A program made the position numbers and the translations under genes. Below the pieces are notes generated by a model that was not told the DNA's origin, did no database searches, and saw only the letters and a program-made list of their open reading frames with translations. A stretch of DNA of 64,000 nt, from positions 374,666,001 through 374,730,000 of the forward strand of contig OZ024740.1 in assembly GCA_964016885.1 (NCBI GenBank), given 5' to 3'. The DNA comes from Eledone cirrhosa. Its lineage: Eukaryota. Shown in pieces: positions 1 through 14,556 of the stretch; within the stretch, counting starts at the first letter, position 1; each line of letters starts with the position of its first letter.

Positions 1-1554
1 ACAGTCACACGTGTGGCATGCACGCGTGTCCTATTTATACAAGATTATAGTGCGGCAGATTGTTACAAGTAAAACAAGCAGTCAAAGCAGGCAATCAAGA
101 GCATCATGGTGGCTGAACTGTTTAAGCATTATTTACACACACCTGTACGATATAGAAGCCCGTGTGTTGAGAAACACCAATAATATCAAAAATATCAAAA
201 ATATTACAAATGAGAAGCAAAACAGCACCACTGTCCTCGTGCACACCACCACTCTCACAATCCAGGAAACGCAATTTATAGACTACATGTCCATCTCACA
301 ATCCACGATGATTCAACATTGGGTGCCTGGTGAACCATGCTAGAACATCACAGCTTGTTCTTTAATTCGATTCCATATAGCAGGTTGTTTTTGGTGTTAG
401 ATATGACATCGTATCATATTCCGGAAGTCTGTGTGTGATTAAGGGGAGTTAGTGCGTAAGGGGAGGTAACTAGCTGATTTTTATAGTTAAATTTATTATC
501 TTAAAGTGCATTAATGGTGTCTCAAATGAGTTCCCATCATATAAGGTTATAAACAATTTCTAAATTTAAGTATCTTATCTATAAATTACAGTGCAGTCTA
601 TCAAGAAGTACTAAAGGTGTTCATATTAGGATGATTACCTTTTATCATAGGGTGCCCCCACCGAACATTCCAAAAGAAGAGTCAGATTTCCAAACCAATG
701 ATCTTTGCATGTGTAGTCCACCCGCACGACCTGGCAGGATCTTATTAGAATCACTTCTATATATGACTCCTGGTAAGTTCTGGGTCATTGCATGACTGAT
801 TGCATGGCGAAGTTAAATATCACTAGGGTAGTCCAGAGATCAATTCACACCCACAAAGACACCGATCTGACCATCAAGTCATACATGTATTTATAACTCA
901 TACATCACCTGTACATAATTCATTGCACTTAGCATATAGATTATATAGCTCTATTATGTTAATAAATTAATTTATTAATCTTCCATTTATCCAATGATGG
1001 CACTACATACACAGGACAATGTTAGCACAACCAATTCCGTGCTTAAAGTTTACATTGGTGTAATATAGTCTAAGCGATTGAAGGCCAATATGCCAAAAGT
1101 AGAAGTACATGGGGATATCTCCAAGGTAAAAGGTACTAGGGGGCTGCCACTATTTGCGTTAAAGTGGATTAATGGGTGTGGATATGAGGTGTAAGGTGTG
1201 CCCCTGATGACAGTCTAGCCAATGCCCTCCACTATGTAGCTACATACACTATCTAAAAACTAAAAATAAACCATATACACTTAAATGGGAAGTGATAGGT
1301 AACGCGTCATCTTACAAACCACGTAATACATTTTGTAACCTCTGTCTACTAGAGACCCATACTATCATCTTCTCAAACCATAACCTCCTTAATAAAAAAT
1401 CGGAAGTGTTCGGATCTTGCCAACACCGCTTCCGACACTCCTTCCAAAACCTTAAACCCAATATATAACAATGTCAGACTTGAACCCATCACCACCTCTA
1501 GCAGCAATCATCTTGTATAAATAGGACACGCGTGCATGCCACACGTGTGACTGT
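1..1554. repeat. Inverted repeat pair (1-~45 vs ~1510-1554), probably an inverted PLE pLTR continuing upstream of the window
   Basis: acagtcacacgtgtggcatgcacgcgtgtcctatttatacaaga at position 1 is the reverse complement of tcttgtataaataggacacgcgtgcatgccacacgtgtgactgt at 1511-1554, which lies just 3' of a PLE endonuclease stop codon. Confidence 0.75.
1232..1468 (+). pseudogene. C-terminal remnant of a PLE GIY-YIG endonuclease (same lineage as the 37.7-42 kb element)
   Basis: Not in the ORF track. Manual translation LCSYIHYLKTKNKPYTLKWEVIGNASSYKPRNTFCNLCLLETHTIIFSNHNLLNKKSEVFGSCQHRFRH aligns with LSGHIWDLKDNNITYDLTWRLLSRANSYTGGRRPCNLCTEETLQMLFSTDQLLNKKDELVTACKHRLRR from ORF 37719..38390. Confidence 0.85.
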
Positions 1555-1807
1555 TGCATACACTGGATACTCCAAACTTACTTTTTGCTTTATCTTAGTA
1601 GACTATCAATGTTTTATTTTTATTTTTATTTTTATTTTTATTTTAACTTTAATTTTGTCCTTTAATATGACTGTAATCTTTGTATGTAAATTACCATGGT
1701 ATATTAGTATAATGGATGTCAACCCACTGTGGGTCAATATATACATATGTTTCTATATGTCTCTTGTGTTGAAAATGAGGTCAAGTATATTATAAATCAC
1801 TGAATAA

Positions 1808-1855
1808 TTGCTCCGAAGACTCCAAACCTCGGTTTGGAAGAAACAATTGTAAGCA
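1808..1855 (+). ncRNA. Type I hammerhead ribozyme motif in a PLE pLTR (U4C deviation)
   Basis: tgct|ccgaaga|c tccaaac ctcg gtttgga a|gaaac aatt gta|agca: stem I tgct/agca, 7-bp stem II, palindromic stem III acaattgt, GUA site. Confidence 0.75.
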
Positions 1856-2054
1856 GATAAATTATTTAAACAGAACTTTGTTTCATGTAATCTCTATATA
1901 ACTGCTCTGTAAAACAACTGATGTTGTTACATTGAGGTATTTATCTTACTGGTAATAAGATAGTAATAAATTACTGTCTTTCACTATTTAGGGTATAATA
2001 TATTATAACTATAAAAGGTTTTAGTATATACATAACCATAAATAGTATCCTTAA

Positions 2055-2161
<107 letters not shown>

Positions 2162-2399
2162 CAATCATACTCGCGAATGCTAAACAAACTTTAAGCATTT
2201 TTTGAGCACTTTTATTTGTCGATAACAAATCCCAGTTAATTTGTTAATTTACATTTCAATATAAAACCATTCCACCTCATGCGATCCAATATTAATTGTC
2301 TTATTCCTTCACTGGACAATATATATCTTTTTAAGTTATTCTTTTTAATGTATTGAGAGGTATTCCGCGTTTGTGTTTCATATTACCTAATTTATTTTA

Positions 2400-2500
2400 T
2401 TGACTCCATAAGGATGAAAGGTAAATTTAACCTAGGCCGATTTTGAACTCTAACCTTAAAGGGCCGTAGCTCTATGCTGCAAAGCATGGTGTCCGATCTC
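2400..2500 (-). mobile_element. Partial tRNA-derived SINE (same family as 3375-3560)
   Basis: aaggatgaaaggtaaatttaacct...ttttgaactc...gctgcaaagcatggtgtccgatctc matches the other copies. Confidence 0.75.
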
Positions 2501-3374
2501 ATTTTGTGTTTTCGTGTATGATACTCATTCGGCCAACATAAGTTGGATCACTGTGCGCAAAACGTATCTTCCGAAGGCTTATCCTAGTGAGTATAGGGAA
2601 ATCCAATCTAAAGATGCTCTTGTCAAAATTATTTGCCTCTTTAAGATAATAATATTAGTGAATTGTGGATACTTAATGATATATACTCGAAGGTTTAATT
2701 AAAACGTACACCTTCAATTGAAGATTGCTTAATCTATGTATGTTGAAACAAATTCGAAATGCAATGGAAGAGCACAGTCTGGAAGCTTCACATTTTGTGT
2801 TTTCTACTAGCGTTGATTCCGATTATAAATATACCAGTTGTCCGATCAAGGACAACATTTAGGAAATTGACTGACAAAACGCTTAATATTTCACAGACAT
2901 GTGTATCATTAACCTAGATTCCAGCTACATTTAAAGTGGCACCACGTTTGAGAATAATAGACATTTGAGTTACAGGTACTACTACATTTTCCGTGCTGAT
3001 TAGAAGGGGAAATGGTGAATGATGGGCTTTTCCCCAGCAATAACGCTCTGCGGAACACTTAAACCACACAAGCATGAAGCCACTTTCGCCACTGAATAAG
3101 CCTAAGCAAACACTAACAATCTTTATGTTAATATTGTTAGACATGGTAGCAAGGCAGAATGTAAATCCCTCTATAGACTGAAATGTGATAAGTCATTAGA
3201 ATCTGAGCGCAATAAATTTGGGGTATAAAGAGACGCAATAAATTTGGGGTATAATTCTATTATACCAAGTTTACTTTTCCAGAAAACATAATAATCGTCG
3301 ATTCAATATATAGTGATGTTTATTTGGAGTGACCCTCTGGATGTAATACAGATTTTAACTAATATTGAAATAAT

Positions 3375-3560
3375 TGTTTCTACTTTTGGCACAAGGCCAG
3401 CAATTACCCAGTGCATTACTGGTACTTTATTTTATCGACCCCGTAAGGATGAAAGGCAAAGTCAACCTCGGCAGGATTTGAACTCAGATCAGAAAGGGGC
3501 GTAACTCTGTGCTACAAAGCATGTTGTCCGACCCTCTACCAATACTGCCAAACCACCGCA
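3375..3560 (-). mobile_element. tRNA-derived SINE with target-site duplication
   Basis: The body ttttatcgacccc...ggatgaaaggcaaagtcaacctcggcaggatttgaactc includes the reverse complement of a B-box (gagttcaaatcc). The direct repeat aactaatattgaaataat flanks both sides (3357 and 3560). Confidence 0.88.
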
Positions 3561-5759
3561 ACTAATATTGAAATAATGCCAATATTTTATACATGGATGT
3601 GATACATATGATTACATACGTTCAATCGTTTCATTTCTTGTGTAAAATAACAATGAAATTAACTATTTTCGTATCAGATTGGTTATACTATAAATCAATT
3701 GTTAATCTTATAATCCTAGAAATTCCGCAATTGATATTGACTGAATTTTCAGAGAGAAATTCTTTAAAATATATATTGCATTATTACTATCAATCAGACA
3801 GAAATGTCAATAACGTCTGACAATGATAGAGCGTCTGTCAAAATGACTATTAGCATTAATTCAATTCCTCTTCATCCTTAGTTGTGATTTCATCGGATAA
3901 TGAATTTAAAAAAAAAATTTAGTACTCGACTCGAGTACGTTTGACCCTGAGCCAATGTAATTATTGTTAAATTTCGATCAAAATATGTTGATGTCAAGAA
4001 GAATATTTCAGAGCATCATTTGAGAGGAGCATGTATCATATGAAATGATTTTTTAATTTACATTTGATGATAATAACATCTAGATTCCTCTTCAGCTAAC
4101 TAGTTATTTAATAAATTGGATATGATGTTTGAAATAAGATATTAGCATATTGAATTCATACTTACGCGAAAATATATTTTTAAAATGTTTATCCAAATTT
4201 TATATTTCTATATTGTTGGCGATCAATCAGAGTATTCTCTAATTCACTATTGTGTTGTCTGAAGTTAAAATAACTATCGTCACGTCATATTATTTTGTGT
4301 AATCCTCGAATACTCAAAAACATGATTTGCTTATTTATTTCCATGGCGTACATAAATACTTAATCTCACTGTTAAAATTCGATTACATAAAAAATAAGTT
4401 TGCGGGAATGGGTATGATATCATTATATGCAATGTTAGCAACCGTAGAGTTTCAAATAAGATGCTTTGGTGTATGTAAATATACCATATACCTCCGGACT
4501 TCTAATACTATAGAGGTTATCTTGACCAGCCATCATTTCTGGGTCTATGATATAAGAAGGTATAGAGTATTATTTAAACATTTTTGACAAAATATATTCA
4601 TCACATATGAAACTACATGATGGTGCGTTCTGCTAAACTGTACAACACATAGTGTTCATGATTTACGTAGAATTGTAGTTACTAGAATTCATTAGCGTTA
4701 ATCACTTAATGGTGTAACATATGGACAGTAAAATATGATAGGTGAGTCTATAAATCTTTCACAGCTAAAATCGCATCACACTGAAACTTATTTGTACATA
4801 AACAGCTTGCACACTGGAAAACAAATGAAGTGAATTAATAAAACCTATCGGAAAATCATTAACTGAATAGGGGAAAATGGAATGACATCTGCAAAATATA
4901 TACTATGGTTGGTTCTTGGTATAAAAGTGAATTATTTCCTACACTGCATATTTATTCGCTTCTTCAAACATGAATGGGAGGGCCTGATCAATATGATGTC
5001 CTCTCCTTGGTCACTAGTCATACAAGATACAGTTAGTCATCGGGAAAATCACGCATTACAAAAAGTCAATGAATGAGATATTAAGATGTATGATTCTATT
5101 TACATTTTATATTTAAAAATACAGAATAATTGTGCCTAGAATCTCTACAATCATAGTCTTCCCGCACATATCTGACATGGGTTAAACAACAACGATCTTT
5201 ATATTCCTAATTTAACCTATAAACTGAAACAATAGACATAGTAATCGCTTCACAATCTAGTAAGATAATGTGAAAGGTTTATAACATATATATTCTGACG
5301 TTTCCCAGTTCCTCAGGGCAAACATTCCTTAGTAGAGATAAATAGGGCTTAATCTGAGGAAATTGATAGTATCTAGCACCCTCTGCACCAACTAAATGCA
5401 TTTTATTGCCACATCCATCAGAAAATCACTGTCACCTACTTTCATGGTTTCTCCTCCAAGTGAATAAGAAAAATAAAAGGGTTTATAATGACATTATCTT
5501 CATGTGATATTGTCCCACTACACTATTCAGCACCCTTTGAAAAATTATGTTGGTAGATAACTAGCAGTGAAAAATGCGGACACATACACCCCCCCCCCCC
5601 CCCCCCACCCACACATACACACGCATATATATATATATATATATGAGAAAGAGAAATACAGAGAGTTGAAGAGATAGATAGTTAGATAGATGGATAGATG
5701 GATTGAGAGCTACCAGTTTAGATTAGAAGATTAGAGGGTCGTCGTACTCTAAGTCACTA

Positions 5760-5810
<51 letters not shown>

Positions 5811-7544
5811 CTCCAATTCTAATTTATATATATATGTGTGTGTGTGTGTGTGTGCGTGTGTGCATGTGTGTGTTTGTGCGTCTGTGTGTGTTTGCGTGCG
5901 TTGATTATGAAACCGCTTCAGTACCGTTCCTAGGAAATTAACTTCCTTTTCAAATTTGGTGTATTGCCATTTGCTTTATATGCATTTAATCATATTTGCT
6001 ATGTTTCACCCAGCAAATGTGGTGAATTCAATTGCTCTTGTTGTAATAGATAGTCTCTCTCCTTATTACTTTCTTTACGTTCCACTCATTTATATCATTA
6101 GTCATTGTATTTCATTGTCAAGATTAGAGGATTTATGTAATTCATTTTAACCCATTTGATACCAAACTGCATGAAATGGCGGCATGTTCTTTGATGCAAA
6201 ACTATTAATGCTTATCTTGAACAGAAAGTACCATCCCACTGATTTCCAACTTCCATTTAGCAATGCATGTCAGAATGCTGTGTTTTAAATTATTATTTCT
6301 TCATTTCTTTTTCTTTCTTACCGCTGTGAGAATCTCCAGGAATTATTTACGTCGTAATTTCAGTTTTCTGAATTAATTATTTGACTGAAAATTAGGTTTC
6401 TGGAGCCTCCTAACGATTGCGGTATCTAATACACCTTTCATGTCGACATTTTCACACACGACAGTATATATTCATGTTACTATACATATACATTTAAACC
6501 GTTCACAAAGTATTTCTAATACTAAAGCAATCTTATGTAAATGATCTTAAGATTCTTACCAATCAGTAAGTTTAAACTACATTATTGAATCAGATATGGT
6601 CCCTGCTATTACGAACTAATTTAGTACATAACTGACTGACAATGTTGCTACACGTTTGATAAAGTATTACTTTAAAGTATACAGTATAGCCATAATAAAC
6701 TTACTAGTTTGCAGTTAAGAAATGAAAATAAAAAAAAGTCTGGACAATAAATTTTGTCCAACGGTAGAAAATACGTATTCAACGCATATTTATACACATA
6801 TATTAATTATATGAATTGCTGTCCGTTTTTTATGAGTAACATTAATATTCTTTTTTGCAATCAGTCAGCTAATTTCGTTCCACCCACTATACCATTCTTG
6901 GCATTCTATTTTGATTTGAAATGTAATATAATAGTCGCAACTTCCATTATTAGAACATTCTCAAGAAAAACGTAGGAACTTTAAATGTGTGATTTATGCA
7001 GATACTGTGGATATGAAAATGCGAAGAGAATCTCGCGGTTTTGAATCACTCATTATATTATTTCTTCTATAAGAGTATCATTGTTTTGTGATAAATGTAT
7101 TCAACATCATACTTGTACAAGAGAAGAATCTTGAAGCAGATCATTTCACAAATAGAAATATCGTAGACAAATTTACTAAAGTTATCTTATTTAGATTGAT
7201 TCGCTTTCATATATCATTTAAAATTGGCATTTTCATATTCTACTAGAAATGAATGTGAATTTTGTCATGAGATGCATAATACTGTAACAATCTTGTTATA
7301 TAGATAAATATTTTCTGACGCTAGCACTGCATCACCGACATATCCTTTCATTATCCATTTTATTACAATCGTTTTAACACGCACACATGAACAAATACGC
7401 ATAACGTCACTGGTAATTTTATAATGCATAAGTGTTGTCTATCATTCTCTACGTTTGTGTATCCACCTATCGAAATTGGCATGTACACACCTGCCTACAA
7501 ATAAATTTCAAGAATCACACATGCATACACATTTGCACACAAAC

Positions 7545-7579
<35 letters not shown>

Positions 7580-7586
7580 TGTGTGT

Positions 7587-7639
<53 letters not shown>

Positions 7640-7670
7640 CATGTGAATGTATATCTAGGTATATTTATGA

Positions 7671-7761
<91 letters not shown>

Positions 7762-8874
7762 CGTATGTTTGTATTCATCTAAATAAAATATGTATGTATG
7801 CTTGTTTGCATGAGCGCCTGTATGAATGTGCGGTTCTATGTATTGAGATTATTTTACAGTTAAATCATTTTAAATCATATTAGTATTCAAAGAAAAACTG
7901 TGAAAGAATATTTGTAGTGAGAATACGTTACATTAAGAAATGAATTCATAATTGATACATTGTAAATATTTTTACTTCCTTACGTGTATGAATGGTTATT
8001 GGTAGAGTGTTTACGCCTGTAATATAAACGAAGTCTAGAAATAAACTTTTAGATTCGTTGTTTGTCAAGTGAGGTCATTAACAGTGATGTCTATTCAATT
8101 CTAATCACAGAAACATGTCATTGCATTGAAGAGAATTAAAGAGAAATTCTTGCTCTATCACTGTAATTAAAATTTTACAATGCTTAGATGAGCCACCAGA
8201 ACCTTTTGTTTTCTCTGTAGGCATTTAAAAATCTCATTCGATCGCCTGCTTGATGATTGGGCTTAAGTGATGATTGGCAGATAATCAGCGACTGGTCAGA
8301 AAGTAATATACTTTCTTCAAAATCATCGTTATCTTAATTATTCCAACAAAGGAAACTTTGGCATTTAGATAGATTTTCAAATGTTATAATCAATACAACC
8401 CCAGTCAAGAACGGTAAAGTATATTATATTCATCCATTTGAACAATTATCGAGTAATTACTGATAAACGGTTAGGTTAATTAACTTGAAATAGACACAAT
8501 ATATTATGCATTTATATAATTACATAAAGATTTACCGTTATATTGTAGACATATAACAGTATGAGATGGTTACAAAGACAAATTTCTTTCATTAACCATG
8601 CCATTACTGTATGTCAACGTGATCATTTATTTTATTTCATTTCTGAAACTGTTTGTATTCTTGAAGATAATACATAATAATATGCACCCTGAACTTCATA
8701 CATTACGATATTCGATATAGTTCTAATTACGTTTTGATGATAGTTATATTTGCCTTCTAACATGCTGGCTACATGAACCTAGTAAAACAAAATCATAGAT
8801 GAGATGTTATAACTTGCTATTCTCCAAATAATATCTAGAGTGAACATTAACAAGCGCATGTAAAAAACATAAAT

Positions 8875-9051
8875 GTTCTACTTTTGGCACAAGGTCAGCA
8901 ATTATCCCAGTGTATTACTGTACTTTGTTTTATCGAGCCCGTAATGATGAAAGGCAAAGTTAACCTCAGTGGGATTTGAACTCAGACCATAAAGGTCCGT
9001 AACTCTTTCCTGCAAAGCATGGCGTCCGACCCTCTACAGATATTGCCAATC
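8875..9051 (-). mobile_element. tRNA-derived SINE with target-site duplication
   Basis: Same body as 3375-3560. TSD caagcgcatgtaaaa at 8851 and 9052. Confidence 0.88.
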
Positions 9052-10094
9052 CAAGCGCATGTAAAATATATGTCATGTGGGTTATTTCGCTATTTCTGGA
9101 CCATTACGCAGTACAATCCGTTATGAATGTGAAACTGGATAAAGTATTCGGAGACACGAAAATGGATGAGGTCTGCTGAAATAAGTTTGAACAAATATTT
9201 CATGTATCAAGGCTGACCTTTCGCTATGCAATAACAAAATAAACAATGGTGAAATGTTATGAAATATGAAGTAACATTTTATACTAGCATTGGATCGAAG
9301 AGATATGGTTTCCTTGCATTGTTTCAAAGGGCCGATAACGAGATGTGAACTGCCGACAAAACAAATTCCGTTGAAAACATGAGATTTACATTATTTAAAA
9401 ATATTAAAGAATTTAATAGATATTTTTGATCGTGTCTAATTTATATATATCTATGAAAGGAGACGAATATGTGGTTACATTCATTTGAAAATCCTAATGT
9501 TCTTTTATAGTCTAATTCGTTTGCGTAGGCATTTAGATGGCTTTAGGCTAATTGTATATCAATCGATTATAGTTTATCCCGGATTAATTGTTTTTCCTTC
9601 ACTCATTACTTTTATGGCATTTAATTTTGGAGAGAGATTATACGACACTTTTCAATTCTCATATATTTTTAAATGTATAAGATTATCCATGGAGTTTACA
9701 TTAAATTTATCATTATTTCTGTCATGTTCAGCAAGATTTTCTCTGAATGCAACATAATTAGGTAGTAGGAATGAATAAACTTTCAATTCTTATCTCCGGC
9801 AAAATTAAAATCTACAAACAATGATTCTCATTTTAAAAGATTTATTTTTTATTTTTATGCAATCAATAAATGAATGCAGTTACAGAACTATTTCTAATTT
9901 TACTTGCACAATAAATATATTTCGTTAATTGCACATACAAAACCTTTCTTTTTACAAAATCTTAAAATCGTATACTCATTTACTGCTTGCTGTCATTAGA
10001 TCACGGAGCTGTCGGTCTAAGGCCATAAAAAGATTTACTCTTTCATATTGACACTACTATTAATGCATTTGACAACTTGAGGTTTTAGTAAAAT

Positions 10095-10180
10095 ACACAT
10101 GCCCAAGGTGTAGTGGGTTTTCAGTTAGGAACCACACAATAGGGAAAATAACTCATTTACTAAAGCCATGTCTGTACCTA
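10095..10180 (-). mobile_element. Degraded 5' part of a CORE-type SINE
   Basis: tgcccaaggtg...ggaaccacac...agccatg resembles the reverse complement of the tRNA head/CORE junction seen at 21.6 kb. Confidence 0.45.
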
Positions 10181-10437
10181 CCAATTTAGTTTACTCAAGT
10201 TTTATTCATGAAACTCGGGCAACACTATTTGTTAAAACTAGAAATCTCGAATTTAACACGGTGATCTAAAAATGCACACTAATTACACAATAAACCAAAT
10301 ATCTTCTAGTATTTATACAACCTATGGTTCCTATTTTAGGCAAGATGTACAAGACTTATGTATGACAGTCTTCCTTTCAGTTAATTGTCACTCTCTAAAT
10401 AAAATATATGCCTGTGTGCGCATGTGCATACTAATGT

Positions 10438-10496
<59 letters not shown>

Positions 10497-12399
10497 CATA
10501 TATATATTTAAATATATATATATATATGTATATATATATATGTATGTATTACTGTTACTTAAACATATTCAAAGCAGACGAACGTCTAACTACTTGTAAA
10601 TAATTGCTATAAAAACAATTCAAATATATTCATATCGACAGAGCTTGTTTTGTTATAGTCAGGATTTTAGATAATCTGCTTGTCAGTCTTATTTTCCCAC
10701 GCTCATAATAGTTTCATGATTGATTATATAGCTAGAAGTACTATCTTCCTTCGGCAACACTGGTACGTATAATCCTATGCATGAACGAACATCAATACGT
10801 CAGTATTAGTTACCTCACCTTACGCTTGATATAATGTAGCCAATAGAATAACAAAATACTTAATCTCTAATGCCAACAAGTACTATTTTTTTCTAGTTAT
10901 TTTCTTAATCTTATGAGACTACATAATATACATACGCAATAAACTCAAAGTTATCAATTAAAAAATGTAATATATCAAATTTTCATATTTGGTCAATACT
11001 TGATGGAACAAGTGCTTAAAAAAACTATATATATTTTAATTTTATGTTTACTTTTTTTGAATCTGTTATTATTTTCATTTACATGGGTAGCAATTTTCTC
11101 TATCGATATATATAGTTTACAACTTGGTTTCTAACCTTCATTGGACTATTTCAACATCCTAGCCTCTGCAATATGCAGGCTATAATAATCTAGTGAATAC
11201 AAGTATCTATTTCTGTGAACACTAATACATGGAACATTGTTTACAATGGCGCATCTCTAGAATTGCTTGGGAATGAATGATCTCTCCTCAATGTTGTGGG
11301 CTACAACAGATGACGCACAAACGTGCAGCCTATCCATATAAACTGAATAAATGAAAGAATTTGCAGTTGATTATATTAATGACTTTCGTACGAACACTAA
11401 CCTTTACTGGCAAATGTTTGATTACTATGATATAGTAAATAAAGATATTCTTTAAAGCCTGTAGTTGTGTTGTTTTCATGCAATGATACGCTAATCATGC
11501 TTTTCTACACCATTTATCATTCAGGTTCTGACAATCAATTTCCCATTTCTATACAAATGTTTCAAATTCAAATTGGTAATTATATCCTCTATCAACATTC
11601 TATCAAATACTTACTATCAAAATATAAACTTATTTTCAGTAAACGGGATGAATCCTTTGATTTTTCTCAACAAAAAATCCAGTATTCTGTTCGAGTTGAA
11701 CGTAGTTTATGTAAAAAATATCCACCATCTTAATTTCTATAGACAGTGAGAGCATAAGAAATTATATATCGGTGTATCTATTCATGATGTAAATCATCTC
11801 AATTGAGCTTTTCTGAAATTATCATTGCCCAGAAATGTTTGAAGTATAACGTCATATTGTTTGCATTGCAAAACTTTATATACACGTGTTGCAAGATGCT
11901 GAAGTTTCAATATGTTAACAGGAAATAAAATATTCTACCATATTTAAAATATAACGAGTCAAATATTAAGAAGAAACAAATGAATAGAGAGCTTTGGTTC
12001 CGAAGATGAAGTGTAATCTATGGAATGCAAATCTCATAACATCATATATGTTATTGACAAATAATAGATCAAGCGCCCTAGCACACTGTTGTTGTGTTGT
12101 CTGTGTTGGGGACATGCATATCGATAATGTAATGTAACAATATATTTATTGCATGCATAATATTTGCGATTTGATATTCGAAAATAGAGGCAAGTAACAA
12201 TGTTGGCACTTTTAAGCAATGCTTGTTCCACATAATCAATTGAAATTGCAAGTGACCGCCTTAACGTTTTGAGGATTAAGCCGAAAATCTGGTTAGTATA
12301 ATGCCCTTAATTGTTTTCCACTCTGAATAGGTGTGTAATATATAGAATGAAATGAGACACACATTCATACAATATATAACAATGGGCTCTGCAACTGAA

Positions 12400-13000
12400 C
12401 ATACTAAAAGGCAGCTTGCCATTCATTAAGAAGAAAACAATTTAAATGTTTAATCTAGTCCTTTAGCAGCAAGGTACAATCGAAGGCTTTCTCGACATGA
12501 CTTTTGCTGTATTACGCATTAACAATGAATTACTGGTTAGTAAAATAGAAACGCAAATATTATTATGTATCTGGCAGTAGGAATGAGTATTAAAAAAATG
12601 TTGGTTAAAAAATTGTCTACATGAAGTTGCTTATCATTAAGTGCTAAGCATGTTTTGCTTACGTTGGATTAACATTGAGTAAGAATGAAAGAGAGAACCA
12701 TATTATCGGTTTCTTTCTATATTTCTTCCTAGCGCCAGTTGGGTGTTGTTCAAGAATGTAAGATATTGTTTCTGAGAAACCGCGATTGGCTAGAACGATG
12801 TTATAATAGGGAGCCGTGTTATCAGAAATGGATTTATTAAAAGAAATGTTAAAGATGATCTTACATATGTTTTTAAGACTTTTAAATATTCGAATCAAAG
12901 CATTTGTGTATATACATTCATTATCTTTATGGAATTGTTTGCATTTATGTATTCGAAGATATAGGGTGGCATCTCAGTAGTTGAATCTGCTCGGGTCAGT
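12400..13000 (-). pseudogene. Highly degraded PLE RT C-terminal/linker remnant
   Basis: ORF 12659..12898 (DNTAPYYNIVLANRGFSETISY...RKKPIIWF) parallels DEHAPYYNQALRRSGFREEISY...RNVTWFNPP of the 41 kb element. Confidence 0.7.
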
Positions 13001-13179
13001 AGCAACTGTAAGTTTTAGTTCTAAATCATTAAATGTGATTATTAACCCTTTTCTAATTATGTCTCTCAGACATGGTTGCATTTATTGTTCGATACGCTTA
13101 AAGGGTCGACTCGGTACAGACCAGTATGAACGAATATGAATTTATACATAAATAATAATTCCTCTCTCTCTCAATGACA

Positions 13180-13355
13180 TACATGCTGCATCAGCGAAAG
13201 ACTACGGACAACACCGTTTGGCACCAGATAGGCCGCAACTCATTTCTAAAGCTGAATGAACTGGAGCAAACTGAGATAAAGTGGTTTGCTGGAGGACGCC
13301 ACCCACTAACTCAAGATTGTAAATGCAGCTTACTTACCACTAACTGACGCACTTT
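13180..13355. mobile_element. Degraded SINE fragment
   Basis: gctgaatgaactggagcaaactgagataaagtggtttgct resembles the conserved central domain of mollusc SINEs (recalled, not searched). Confidence 0.4.
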
Positions 13356-13396
13356 ATCTCTCTCTCACTCTCTCTCACTCTGTCTCACTCTCCCTC

Positions 13397-13459
<63 letters not shown>

Positions 13460-13583
13460 GTATATATAATGTATTTTGCAATAGACACTATGCTTAATTA
13501 AAAGCATTTTGAAGACAGTATGCTATTGTTTTAGAGTAGTGACATATTCACTTACTTTAATCTCAGCAAGCAGGGGGAGATAA

Positions 13584-13628
13584 ACGCGACAAGGCCTTGT
13601 TTCTGCATTTGTTATGCTTATCAAGGCT
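13584..13628 (-). ncRNA. Hammerhead motif, U3-A8 variant
   Basis: Reverse complement: agcc|ttgataa|gcat aacaa atgc a|gaaac aaggcctt gtc|gcgt; palindromic stem III acaaggccttgt; stem I imperfect. Confidence 0.65.
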
Positions 13629-13767
13629 AACTACTCCCTCCCGTCTACTGAGATCGCTGATGTTATATTCTTATAGGCAACCGCTCTGTATAATCAGTTC
13701 TTTATTATTTACTAGAATGCAATAAGAATATAACATCAGCGATCTCAGTAGACGGGAGGGAGTAGTT

Positions 13768-13814
13768 AGCCCTGATAAGCATAAAAAACATGTAGAAACA
13801 AGGCCTTGTCGGCT
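13768..13814 (+). ncRNA. Hammerhead motif (core ctgataa, C3/A8 mismatch in this copy)
   Basis: agcc|ctgataa|gcat...atgta|gaaac aaggcctt gtc|ggct; stem I agcc/ggct, GUC site. Confidence 0.7.
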
Positions 13815-14114
13815 TTACCTCCCCCTGTTTGCTGAGATTAAAGTAAGTGAGTCTGTCACTACTCTAAAACAATAGCATACGGTCTTCAAAATGCTTTTAA
13901 TTAAGCATAAAGTGTATTGAAAAATACATTATATATACATTCATATATATATGGCTATTTCAGAGGTTCAATTCTAATATATATATATATATACGGCTTA
14001 TTTTAAAAATATCCAATACTAAAGCTACAACTCCATTATCCGGGAGCTTCCAACAGTAATAGTTGCATTATTTAAGCGTATGTCAATATTTATTTATAAA
14101 ACTGATCTATATTA

Positions 14115-14180
14115 TATTTCATCTGATGGAAGCACACCATAATTTAACTTGGTGTCCTTGAAATATGTATAATGAAATAA
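14115..14180 (+). ncRNA. Type I hammerhead motif (A9G deviation)
   Basis: tatttcat|ctgatgg|aag c acacc...ggtgt c ctt|gaaat atgt ata|atgaaata; perfect 8-bp stem I. Confidence 0.75.
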
Positions 14181-14218
14181 ATATCGTTTTATAAATATAG
14201 TTTCCATTTGTTAATATC

Positions 14219-14284
<66 letters not shown>

Positions 14285-14375
14285 TAATTTATTTGAATTA
14301 TAGAGCCCTCTGCCGCTCATCTCGAATTTTGTTTATCGTGAACTCGTGCGCCGATTTTTCGATACTCGATTATTC

Positions 14376-14420
<45 letters not shown>

Positions 14421-14556
14421 ACCAAAAGTTAAACAAGGTTTATTGATTAATCAATGCATATAGTTTTACAATAGATTAGAACGACTCAACAAGGAGGTTT
14501 TCTGGATTTATTAATATTAATTCAAAATATTAATAGACATTCATGTAATCAAAATA

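Larger units (their letters stand above)
13455..13978. mobile_element. Fold-back insertion of a ~320-bp HHR-bearing non-coding unit (retrozyme-like)
   Basis: Arms ~13455-13672 and ~13721-13945 are reverse complements, each with an HHR motif. Bounded by (TA)n. Same family as 53230-53940. Confidence 0.85.

Noticed and set aside
1201-1230. ctgatga at 1204 as a hammerhead
   Set aside because: No stem II/GAAA partner downstream.
1-1554. DNA transposon or parvovirus-like element with palindromic TIRs
   Set aside because: The right arm follows a PLE endonuclease stop and leads to a hammerhead, so an inverted pLTR explains it better. No transposase or NS1 motif was seen.
2914-3144. 76-aa minus-strand ORF or possible host exon
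   Set aside because: No recognisable domain or consistent splice context.
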